From contig JAYOTG010000008.1 of the NCBI GenBank assembly GCA_038150305.1, positions 8,380-72,379 on the forward strand: a DNA stretch of 64,000 nt. Direction: 5' to 3'. Under the pieces are notes generated by a model. That model saw only the letters and a program-made list of their open reading frames with translations, searched no databases and was not told the origin of the DNA. The translations under genes and the position numbers were made by a program. This DNA is from Candidatus Poseidoniales archaeon (GTDB lineage Archaea; Thermoplasmatota; Poseidoniia; Poseidoniales; Poseidoniaceae). Positions 18,080 to 28,000 of the stretch are shown piece after piece; within the stretch, counting starts at the first letter, position 1; the number at the start of each line of letters is the position of its first letter.

Positions 18080-20361
18080 GAATCGCCCCGGCACGCTTCG
18101 GCCACGCACAGCGTGGCCATGTTCACGATGTCGCGGACCTCGTCGTTGCGGGCCACAATTTGCACGGGGAAGGTGGTGCCTTCGAGGATGGGCCCGATCA
18201 TTTCTGCGTCGGCCAATTGCTCCAACAATTTGTACGCAATGTTCGCAGCGGCAAGGTTCGGACACACGAGGACGTTGGCGGGGCCGTCGAAATTCAGGAA
18301 GGGGTATTCCTCTTGGACGAGCGTATCCAGCGCGGTGTCCGCCTGCATTGGGCCGTCGATTTTCAGCGTCGGGTCCAACTCGCGGGCGGTGGCCACGGCC
18401 TCTTCGAGTCGCGTGCTCCGCTGCTCCCGGTTGGTTCCAAAGTTGGAGAAGGAGAGCATCGCGACGCGGGGCTCAAGGCCAAAGCGCCGTGCAACCCTTG
18501 AGGTCTGCACCGCGATTTCCGCCAAGGTGCGCTGGTCAGGATAGATGTTCACGGTGGCATCAGCGAGGATAATGAGACGGCCGGCGACGGAAACCACGTA
18601 GCATCCGACGATGCAGTGGCCTTCTGGGTGCGTCCCAAGGCTCTGAATGGCGGGCTTCAGCACGTCGGCATAGGTGCGACCGACACCCCCGACCATGCCG
18701 TCGGCATCGCCTGCCCTCAGCATGCTGGAACCGAAGTAAGGACGGCTCTTGAGCAGCCGCTCAGCGTCCGCCAGCGTGACGCCCTTCCTCGCCCGTCGCT
18801 TGGCAAGTTCAGGCGCATAAACGCCCTTTCTGCGCTCGTCCTTTCTTGGGTTCACGATGGTGTGGTCGAACTCGAGCCCAAGGTGCTCGATGCGCCGCTG
18901 AATGCGGTCGGGCGGACCGAGGAGGATGGGGTGACAGATCTGCTGGTCGGACAACTGAGCCGCAGCACGGAGCACCCGTTCCTGATCACCTTCAGGGAAG
19001 ACGATGCGTTTCCCTCGTCCGCGGACCTGGTTGATCACGCTGCGCATGAGGGCGTAGCTTTGTCCGAGCCGGCCCTCAAGCTCCTCGCGGTAGCGCAGAG
19101 CATCGAAATCATCGGCTGAGACGGCCGCAACGCCCTCCTCAACGGCGGCCTGAGCGACCGCGCTGGCTTCCCAGATGAGCACCCTGCGGTCGAAGGGTTT
19201 CGGAATGATGTACTCGGGACCAAACTGCATCTCAAGGCCGTCATAGGCCTGCGAGATGTAGTCAGGAACGGGTTCCTTCGCCAGTGCAGCGAGCGCGCGG
19301 GTGGCGGCCATCTTCATGCCCTGCGTGATGTCTCGAGCGCGGACGTCGAGCGCGCCGCGGAAGATGTAGGGGAAACCGAGGACGTTGTTCACTTGGTTGG
19401 AGTAATCCGAACGCCCGGTCGCGATGATCGCATCGTTGCGGACCGCTTTGACCTCGTCAGGCGAAATTTCCGGCGTTGGGTTGGCCAACGCGAACACGAT
19501 TGGACGCTCGGCCATGCTGGCGACCATCTCGCCGGTCACCAGCCCGCCGCGGGACAAGCCCAGCATGACGTCCGCTCCGACCAGCGCATCGCTGAGGTCA
19601 CCGGCAGGTCGGTCTTGAGCAAAGGGCGCTTTGTACGCGTTGATTTCACCGGCCTCGAGACGGGCCTTGGTGACGATGCCCTTGCTGTCGCACATCGTGA
19701 TATGCTCAGGTGCAACGCCGCACGCCACGTAGTGATTCGCGCAGGCGATGGCGCTGGCTCCAGCGCCAATGACGACCACCTTGACGTCCTCGATGGCTTT
19801 GCCTTGCAATTCACACGCGTTGATCAGCGCAGCTGCAGAGATGATGGCCGTGCCGTGCTGGTCGTCGTGCATCACTGGAATATCGGTGGCCTCGGCGATG
19901 CGTCGCTCAATTTCGAAGCATTCGGGGGCCTTGATGTCCTCGAGGTTGATGCCGCCAAAGGTCTTCGAAATGGCCACCACGGTGTCGATGAAGCGCTCCG
20001 GATTCGTCTCGTCAACCTCGATGTCAAACACGTCAATGTCGGCGAAGGTCTTCAGGAGCAGCCCCTTTCCTTCCATGACCGGTTTGCTGGCCAAGGCGCC
20101 GATGTCGCCGAGACCAAGCACGGCCGTACCGTTCGAGATCACGGCCACCAAGTTGCCTTTCGACGTGTAGCGGTAGGCGTCCTCCGGCCGCTCTGCGATT
20201 TCCAGACAAGGGTAAGCCACGCCCGGCGAGTACGCCAACGAGAGCTCGTGAGCGGTGGCGTGTGGCTTGGTCGGAACGACCTTGATTTTCCCGCGAGGGG
20301 AGGCCTCGTGATACTCCAAGGCTTCTCGCTTGAGGCGCTCTTCGCGCGTTGCTTCCGCCAT
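18046..20361 (-). CDS. maeB: NADP-dependent malic enzyme, MaeB type (malic enzyme fused to a C-terminal phosphotransacetylase-like domain)
   Basis: This is an ORF of about 770 aa. The malic-enzyme NAD(P) domain carries 'VVIGAGASAIACANHYV'. The C-terminal PTA-like domain carries '...ILADATVNIYP...'. The ATG at 20361 is preceded by GAGGAGG. Confidence 0.9.
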   Translation of the reverse strand: MAEATREERLKREALEYHEASPRGKIKVVPTKPHATAHELSLAYSPGVAYPCLEIAERPEDAYRYTSKGNLVAVISNGTAVLGLGDIGALASKPVMEGKGLLLKTFADIDVFDIEVDETNPERFIDTVVAISKTFGGINLEDIKAPECFEIERRIAEATDIPVMHDDQHGTAIISAAALINACELQGKAIEDVKVVVIGAGASAIACANHYVACGVAPEHITMCDSKGIVTKARLEAGEINAYKAPFAQDRPAGDLSDALVGADVMLGLSRGGLVTGEMVASMAERPIVFALANPTPEISPDEVKAVRNDAIIATGRSDYSNQVNNVLGFPYIFRGALDVRARDITQGMKMAATRALAALAKEPVPDYISQAYDGLEMQFGPEYIIPKPFDRRVLIWEASAVAQAAVEEGVAAVSADDFDALRYREELEGRLGQSYALMRSVINQVRGRGKRIVFPEGDQERVLRAAAQLSDQQICHPILLGPPDRIQRRIEHLGLEFDHTIVNPRKDERRKGVYAPELAKRRARKGVTLADAERLLKSRPYFGSSMLRAGDADGMVGGVGRTYADVLKPAIQSLGTHPEGHCIVGCYVVSVAGRLIILADATVNIYPDQRTLAEIAVQTSRVARRFGLEPRVAMLSFSNFGTNREQRSTRLEEAVATARELDPTLKIDGPMQADTALDTLVQEEYPFLNFDGPANVLVCPNLAAANIAYKLLEQLADAEMIGPILEGTTFPVQIVARNDEVRDIVNMATLCVAEACRGDSYWETLRSTSD

Positions 20362-20461
20362 CTTCCTCGGCCTCCTCGGCGACGCATCCCGGTTTGAGCC
20401 TTCTGTGGTGTGGCTCGGCACACCGCCATATCTGGTCGGTGCATTCACCTACGGAGGACCG

Positions 20462-21931
20462 TTGAAGAACCGTCACAAACCATCCTCACGCGTGCACAGG
20501 TCACGCGTCATCGCGACCATCGGCCCGTCCTGCGACAAGGAGGCCACCTTGGCTTCGATGCTCGAGGCTGGACTGGACGTGGCGCGCCTCAACTACTCGC
20601 ACGGAGATTTCGAGGGCAAGGCAGCGACCATTCAGCGTCTGCGCGCCGCAGAAGCGGCAGCGGGCCGACCGCTCGGCGTGTTGGCTGATCTTCCGGGCCC
20701 AAAGCTCAGGCTGGGGCGCTTTCCTGGTAGTGTACACCTGGAACGAGGCATGACGGTGAGCCTGTGCTGCGGCCAAGACGCTTCGGATGACGTCAGCCAT
20801 CGCGCCTTTCCTGTTCCCTACGGGGCGTTGGCCGAAGAACTGCGCGTGGGCGACCCGGTCCTGCTCGCAGACGGGCTAATCCGGTTGGAAGTGGAGGCCA
20901 TCGAAGGCTCGACGGTCAGAGCCCAGGTCTTCGACGGTGGCCATCTCAGCGAGCGCAAGGGCATCAACGTCCCTCGAACCAAGGTTTCGCTCCCCGCCAT
21001 CGGAGCACGGGACGAAGCTTGCCTCCGGCATGCCCTCGAACTCGAAGTGGACTTTGTCGCCGTGTCCTACGTTCGGAGCGCAGCGGACCTGGAACCCGCG
21101 CGCCGCATCATCGCCGAGGCTGGCCTTCACACCTGGGTCATCGCGAAGATCGAACATCCCGCCGCCCTTGAGGACCTGGATGCCATCGTCGAAGCCTCTG
21201 ATGCGGTCATGGTGGCGCGTGGCGACCTCGGCGTTGAAATCCCTCTGGAGGAGGTCCCTGCAGCCCAAGAGCGTATTATCGGCATGTGCCTTGCTCGAGG
21301 GAAACCCGTCATCGTGGCCACGCAGATGTTGGAATCCATGGTCGATCATCCGCGACCCACACGCGCCGAAGTCAGCGACGTCGCCACGGCGATTCGCCAA
21401 TTCACGAGCGCGGTCATGCTCTCCGGGGAGACGGCAACAGGAGCCTATCCGGTGGAAGCCGTCTCCACGATGGTGCGTATCGCTGAGCGCGCTTCGTCCG
21501 CCATCGATGGACTGCCGAGCCCACCTGCGTTGGCGATGTTCAGAAGCACCCGGGCCATCACCGGCGCCGCGGTCAAGCTGGCCGCGGACGTGGACGCAGA
21601 TCGGCTCATCGTCGCCACCCAGCACGGCAGCGCTGCACGGTTGATGGCCGCCCACCGTCCCCAACGGCCCATTTTGGCCATCACCAACCGCGTCCGCGCC
21701 CTACGGAGAACCACCGTCCTTCCCGGCGTGGACGGGCATTTGGTGGAGGAACAAGCCCGGTCGAGGGACACCGTCGGATCGGCTGTAAAGGCCATGGTCG
21801 ATGCCGGGCGCATGCAGGCCGGGGAAAAGATCGTCACCGTGACCGGTTCACCCAACGCCATCCGGGGTCGAACCTCAACCATCCGTTTGGCGCGGGTCGA
21901 CGACGAAGGCCACCTCCAGATGCTGGAATGA
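20462..21931 (+). CDS. pyk: Pyruvate kinase
   Basis: Motifs include 'RVIATIGPSCD...LEAGLDVARLNYSHG', 'MVARGDLGVEIP' and 'KPVIVATQMLESM'. The proposed start is TTG at 20462 with GGAGGA 5 nt upstream. GTG at 20492 is an alternative. The ATG at 20330 would overlap maeB and is unlikely. Confidence 0.85.
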   Translation: MKNRHKPSSRVHRSRVIATIGPSCDKEATLASMLEAGLDVARLNYSHGDFEGKAATIQRLRAAEAAAGRPLGVLADLPGPKLRLGRFPGSVHLERGMTVSLCCGQDASDDVSHRAFPVPYGALAEELRVGDPVLLADGLIRLEVEAIEGSTVRAQVFDGGHLSERKGINVPRTKVSLPAIGARDEACLRHALELEVDFVAVSYVRSAADLEPARRIIAEAGLHTWVIAKIEHPAALEDLDAIVEASDAVMVARGDLGVEIPLEEVPAAQERIIGMCLARGKPVIVATQMLESMVDHPRPTRAEVSDVATAIRQFTSAVMLSGETATGAYPVEAVSTMVRIAERASSAIDGLPSPPALAMFRSTRAITGAAVKLAADVDADRLIVATQHGSAARLMAAHRPQRPILAITNRVRALRRTTVLPGVDGHLVEEQARSRDTVGSAVKAMVDAGRMQAGEKIVTVTGSPNAIRGRTSTIRLARVDDEGHLQMLE

Positions 21932-21976
21932 TGCTGTGCAGTTCGACGAAGTTGTTTGAACATGCAAACCGACCCC

Positions 21977-21982
21977 TTATAC
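21977..21982 (+). promoter_or_regulatory. TATA-box-like element (TTATAC) in a locally AT-rich patch. It is positioned about 26 nt upstream of ATG 22006, giving a leaderless start for the giant surface-protein gene.
   Basis: The window 21950-22010 is the only conspicuously AT-rich stretch in the region. The spacing fits archaeal TATA-to-TSS distance. Confidence 0.4.
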
Positions 21983-22005
21983 CTGTTATGAAGGCCAAAT
22001 CGAAC

Positions 22006-25000
22006 ATGGAAGGTCGGCAAGACGCTCCACAAGACGGCGTGCGCCTGCACGCCACCGGTCTTGTGATGCTGATGCTGATGAGCCTTGTATCGCCCTTGCT
22101 GATGCCAAACGTTGCGGCACACGAGGACCCCGGAGGCGCGGTGTGGCCGATGAGCGGCAGCGAGGACACGGGGTGGGTGAGGCTCAACGCCACCTCCGCC
22201 GACGGCATCCAACCGGCCAGCGCGGATTGGAACCTGACCTTCGCGCCGGGAGCCACGCTTGACAACGTCTCCTTCGAAATTCGAGTCTCTGGGGCCGATG
22301 GCGTGGTCATCGATTCCCCGCTGATGATTTCAGGAGGGTCCATCGGATCAGCCCTGCTCGACCTCAGCGACCAAGGTTGGATGGGTCAAACCCTCGACCT
22401 CGACGGCGGTGACCCCTTCACGGGACGGACCTCAAGCAGCGGCTTGTCGTCCAGCTGGGCGCTCCCCGGCGGCGCCACGGTCACCGACCTGGTGATTCAA
22501 GCCCTCGCGCCAGCCGACCCCACCGTCTCGCTGAAGCCGCTGGCCTTCGAACCGGTGGCCAGCGCAGTGCACCCTGACGACGGGCGTCTTTGGCTGGCCG
22601 TGGACGAACAGATGTTCGTCATCGACGCGGCCATGTCACCGCCCACCATCGACATCCTCGCCTCTCCAGTTGGCACGGTCGTTGACGTGGCCGTAGACAT
22701 GACCCATCGGGAACTCGTGGTGCTCGGCGAAGACGGCCTTGCCATGATTGACTTCGATGACGGGAACATCTGGGCCTACAGCCAGCAGGCCACCCCTGCA
22801 GGCCTTCGTGGCCTGGCCACCAACGCCTCAGGGGACGTCCACGTGGTGGCCGAAGACTGCCTGTACGCCCGCCTCGCCGGTGATGCCGCCGGATGGACCA
22901 AACTTGCCGGTTGCAACGGCAACACCTTCCCCATCTCGAGCACAGGAGACGTGCTCACGATGGAGATCATCGGCCAATACGTCTACGTCAGCATGGCCGA
23001 TGAAGGCGTCATTCGCTACGACACGGTGAGCAGCACCTCCTCCGTTTGGTCCTCCGCCAACGTGCTCCACTCCGACCAAGTGACCTCCATCGTCCAGATG
23101 GGTTCGCAAATTCTGTTCGGTTCAGAGGACGCTGGCATCGCGCGCTTCAACCCCGCCCTTAACCTCTGGCAGGCCACGTGGTCGAGCGCCAACTGGCTGG
23201 CCGATGACCAGATCAATGGTCTCGAAGTCATCGGGAGTGACCTCTGGGTGCTCGCAGGCGCGTCCATCCAAAAGTACGACATCAACTCCGGTGTGTTCAC
23301 CGCCCACTCCGGCCCTTCAGACCTCAGCGATGGAGGGTTGGGCGGTGATGTGCCGGTCATGATGGCGTGGCCCACCGGCGGTGCCCGGGCGCCCGCGGAC
23401 GCGACCCTGCTCATCGGTGACGGAACAGGGACCTTCCTTCGCATGGCCCCCGGTGCAACACCGATTCAACAAAGCAACCTTGTCCTCGCCACCAGCCCTC
23501 CGATTGCTGAAATGACGGCCGTGGCCTCGTTCGGCAACGAAGTGTACGTTGGCGGAGACGACCTCGTCGCCGTCTACAACGCCACGCAGCGCCGATGGAC
23601 GGGTGCCACCACCATTTTTGGCGCGCCCAGCGCGATGACCGCGACGGCGGCCGACCTCTGGGTGGCGACGGAAGAAGACGGGTTGTACCGTATCCCCTCA
23701 TCAACCGGAACCCCTCAACAGCTCCAGAGCAGCACGGACGCACGCTGGAACGCCATTGTGGGCCTGGCCGTTGACGCACAAGACGTGGTGCTAACCCACG
23801 AAGACGGTGGCGTCAGCGTGTGGAACCTCACCGACTTGGCCAACGGCAATCCCCCTTGGGAAAGCGGTGCCACCAGCGACGTTCCCGCAGACGCCACAGG
23901 CGAGGTCGCCATCCACAACCGCACCGCTTACTTCGCGAGCGAGGACGGATTGCTCCGCCTCGACCTTGACGGTACGCCGACATGGTTGAGTGCATGGGGC
24001 AGCACCGGCATCGACCAGTCCTTCTACGCCCCCATCGTGGAGTACCAAGGCGTGCTGCACTACGGCCTGTACGGCTACGGGGTGATTCGCATTGACCTTG
24101 CGTCAGGTGAACTCCTCGAACCGCTGCTCGACGGAAACGGGAACGGCGCCCGTGGCGCCCTGCCAAGCGACGCCATCTACAGCGTGGCGGTCACCAACAT
24201 CCGTGGAAGCGCAGAACTTGCCATCGGCACCCAATCTGGCGCCATCTTGTGGGACGGAAGCAGCGCCTACAACATCCCAGGTGGACGCAATTGGGACGAA
24301 CGCCCCGGCCAGCATCTCGAATTCATGGATTTGGGATCCTATTTGTTCGCCGCCACCAACCTCGGCGTCTGCCGCTGGCAGGTGGACGCCTCGGGTGGAT
24401 TGGACATCGACGGCTGCCTGACGGTGTACGACGGCATGCCCAACTGGGCGACCTATTCACTCGGCCACAACAGCACGCACATCTTCGGTGGCACGCTCAG
24501 CGGTGTGGGCGTCATCGCCCGCAGCTCCTTCTCCGTGGTCGACACCTGGGAAACCCAATCCGCTGACAACGCGCCTGTCGCCGTGGTCGGCGACGTGGCC
24601 TACATCGGCCTTGACGGCATTGGTGTGGCACGGTGGGACCTGACCAACGGAGCATGGCAGAACCTGTGGACCTCGAGCGGCGTGCTGGACACCAACGGCA
24701 TCACCGGCCTGGTGGCCGGCGCTCAAGCCAACACCCTCTGGGTGGGTGGAGACGACGGGTTCCAACTCATTGACGTCATCAACTCGACCGAGTTGGTCGA
24801 CATCGAGAAAACCAGCGGCCTGTACTACGACAACGGCGACCCCTACGACCTCATCATGGTCGATGACGTGCTGTACTACAACCAACGCACGGCATCTGAT
24901 AGGATCTACCGCATCGACACCAGCGATTACTCCTCAGCGACCAACTTCCTCGACATCGGCGTCCACCTCAACGAGGGGAGCCTCGACGTGGCGGGCATGG

Positions 25001-28000
25001 GCCGCATGGGCGACGTCATCGTCGCGAGCGCCGTTTCCAGTCAATGGTGGAACACCGAGGGAAGCGGCGGCATCGTCCGCTGGAACGCCACCAGCAACAG
25101 TTGGCTGCCCGACATTCTCCCGGACACGTCCATCGAAGTCATGGAGGTCCTGCAGACCGCAAACGGCGACACGTGGATTCAGTACGGCGACGACGGTGTT
25201 GAGGTGCTCGACGCCAACGGCACCCAGATCTTGGGCTGGTCCGCCAGCGAGACGCCCAACTTGCCCAACGGCCAGGGGGGCTATCCGATGGGTGGCGGCA
25301 TGGTCGAATGGGGTGGAGACATCCTGTTCGCTTCCGAAGATGGCGTCGGCGCTTATGACCCAACCACGGCCACGTGGTCCACGTATTGGACGTCCACGGG
25401 TACGCCCGAAGTGTACGAACTCTGGACCGACGGAAACGTGCTTTTCATCGGCGCCACCAGCGGCCAGGGCTGGAACCCTGACGGCGTGGTGATCATGGAG
25501 GACAGCAATGGCACCCAAACCACAGTGCTCTCCTCACAGGCCGGCGACTTCTCGAACGCGTATCCGATCAGCATCGAGGCATGCGACGGCATGGTCTGGA
25601 CGGCCTTCTTCCAGCTGTCAGGCGGAGCCCAAGTCATCGGCGTGGACCCGAACGGGGTTGCGTCGGACGTGGTCATCGACGGTCAAGACTTCGGGACCAA
25701 CGCCCGACCGGCTGCTTTGGCCTGCTCAGGTACAGAATTGCACGTTGGCTTCTGGTCGGTCAGTGCCGGCGTCATCGTGTGGGACCTGGCCACCGGCCAG
25801 GTGGTCGACCAACTCACCAACGCGGACGGCATGAGCAACTCCGCGGTGTACTACGACGCCATGGCAACGGTCGGGCCCGCAAGCGCTCCTTCCATCGCCG
25901 TGGGTTACGACACGAACAACGGAGAAGGCGGTTTTGCCGTGTACGATGTGGCCAACCGCGTTCCCACCGTCCGAGAACAAGGGGCACTGGTCACCACGGT
26001 GGACCGCGCATCGAGCGGAGCGGTGGTGTACGGCATCCCCGGTCTCAGCTCCGGCTACAGTCAAGTGGGGACGTGGTGGCCGTCCACCGGCGCCTCCATC
26101 ATCGGAAGCCGCATCCAACTTAACTCAGGTTCCGTCTCGGCCCTGGCAGGTTCGGGCACCACCCTCTATGCGGCCACCTACGACCCCATCGCAGGGTTCG
26201 GAAGCTCCACCGGCGGCAGCGCGCTCTTGGTTGGCGACGTGGCCAGCAACGGTACCCTGACCTGGACCGAGGGCCATGTGATGCGCTCGGGCATGCGGGC
26301 CAGCTCGCTGGCCATTGGCAGCCAAGCCGTGCACGTTGCGACCGCCCCAAGGGGCGGTGGACAAGGCGGTGGGCAAGGCGTTGGTTTGCTGACCCTTGAC
26401 CTGTTGAACGGCTCATGGTCCACGGCCAGCAACGGCCTTTCCGACAACCTCGACGGCTTGGCGTGGTACGGCAACGAACTGGTAACGGGCTTGGTCGGAG
26501 GCGGCAGTGGCGTCTCTGGCGTGCAGGTCTACGACCGGACCAGCGACGCCTTTGTCGACGGTGGTGTCCTTGGCGGTCTGCCGTCCAACACCATCCTCGG
26601 CTTGTCCCGCACCTCAGCTTCAGACGTGGTCCATATCGCCACCGACGGTGGCGTGGGCCGGTTTGATCGGAGCATGGACGGTTGGGACACACCCATCACC
26701 ACCGTGAACGGTCTTGCCTCGAACAACGTCGAGGATGTCCTCACGTGGTTTGATGGCGCTGGCAACGAGCAGGTGTTGCTGGCCACCGAAGGTGGCTTGG
26801 CCCTGTGGAACGCGTCCACGGACCAAATGATCGCCACATGGGACGACACCTCTGGCCTGCTCGAAACATCCACGTGGGGCCTGTTCAGGAACGCGACGGA
26901 CGGAAGCGTGCTGCTGGCACACGACGGGCTCGGCTCATCCCGGCCAGGCGCGACCGTGCTCGCTGCCTCGTCTTCTGCGACCGGTGGATTCGTTGTGGAC
27001 GACACCCACCGGTTCGACCAACTCCCGTCCAACGACGTGACCGCCGTGGCCGCCGATTGGTGGGGCCTGCACATCGCGACAGAAAGCGGCACCATGACCC
27101 ATTGGAACGCCCTGAGCGAAGAATTCGAAGAAGGGATTGACCGCACCCCGACGAATCAACGGGTCGAACAAATCGTGGCCGACGGCACCACCGCGGTCCT
27201 GATGACGAACAGCGGCCTCGTGCTCGTCGAGGCCTCTGCTGCAGCACATGCCCAACTCGCCGCTGAAACCGTCGTCGGCATCAGCGACGTTGCACTCGAC
27301 GCTTCCGGCGCCGTGTGGGCCAGCACCTTTGACGACGGATTGGCGGCGTGGAGCGCCCCCCCCGGCTACCAGCCGGTGCCCAGCGCAGCCAGCCTCCGAG
27401 CCACGCCGCTCAACCTCGGCATCGGCACCGGCTTCGCCGACGTGACCGAATTCCTGCATCCAGGCACCACCATCGACCTGCTCAACCTCACCGATCTGAG
27501 CAACGTGAGCCTCCCCGCTGGCGCGGCGGGAGCGCTCACGCCCACGGCCCTGCCGCTTGTCTTCAGTTCGAGCACTCAGGGCGCGGCCGTGTGGGCTTCC
27601 ACCGAGCTGCTGCTGTGGGACGGCACCTTCGAGATGGCCGACGACGCCTTCGTCAGCCGCCTTCAAGCCACCGTGGACACCGGGCGCATGCTCAACGGGA
27701 ACTTGACCGTTGAAGCACAATTGTTCAGCCCGGTGAACGGATCCATGGACGTGCGCCTCATCTACGACTGGAGCCGCACGGAGACGCCCATCGAACTCCT
27801 CGACCTCACGGACCGCCCTGACGACGGTGGCGGTGCACTCCGTGCCTCATGGTCCCTCGTCCACGACGACGATTTCGCACGGTACCTCATCTACCTCAAG
27901 CCGGACGGTTGGGCCGTTCCACCGACCGCGGCGGAACTGCAGGGCTCCAACCTCCAGCCGGACGCCGCCGTGGCGCTCCACAGCCGGTTGCAAGCTGACG

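Noticed and set aside
17060-18265. A 401-aa minus-strand ORF overlapping the GST-like and FGE-like genes
   Set aside because: Its translation is Arg/Gly/His-rich with no motifs. Both + strand genes have recognisable domains, including the CPFC glutaredoxin motif and an FGE-like segment.
21928-21931. An ATGA overlap suggesting translational coupling of pyk and the giant ORF
   Set aside because: The ATG at 21928 lies upstream of a TATA-like box and before the signal peptide. The downstream ATG at 22006 is a better start, so the overlap is probably coincidental.
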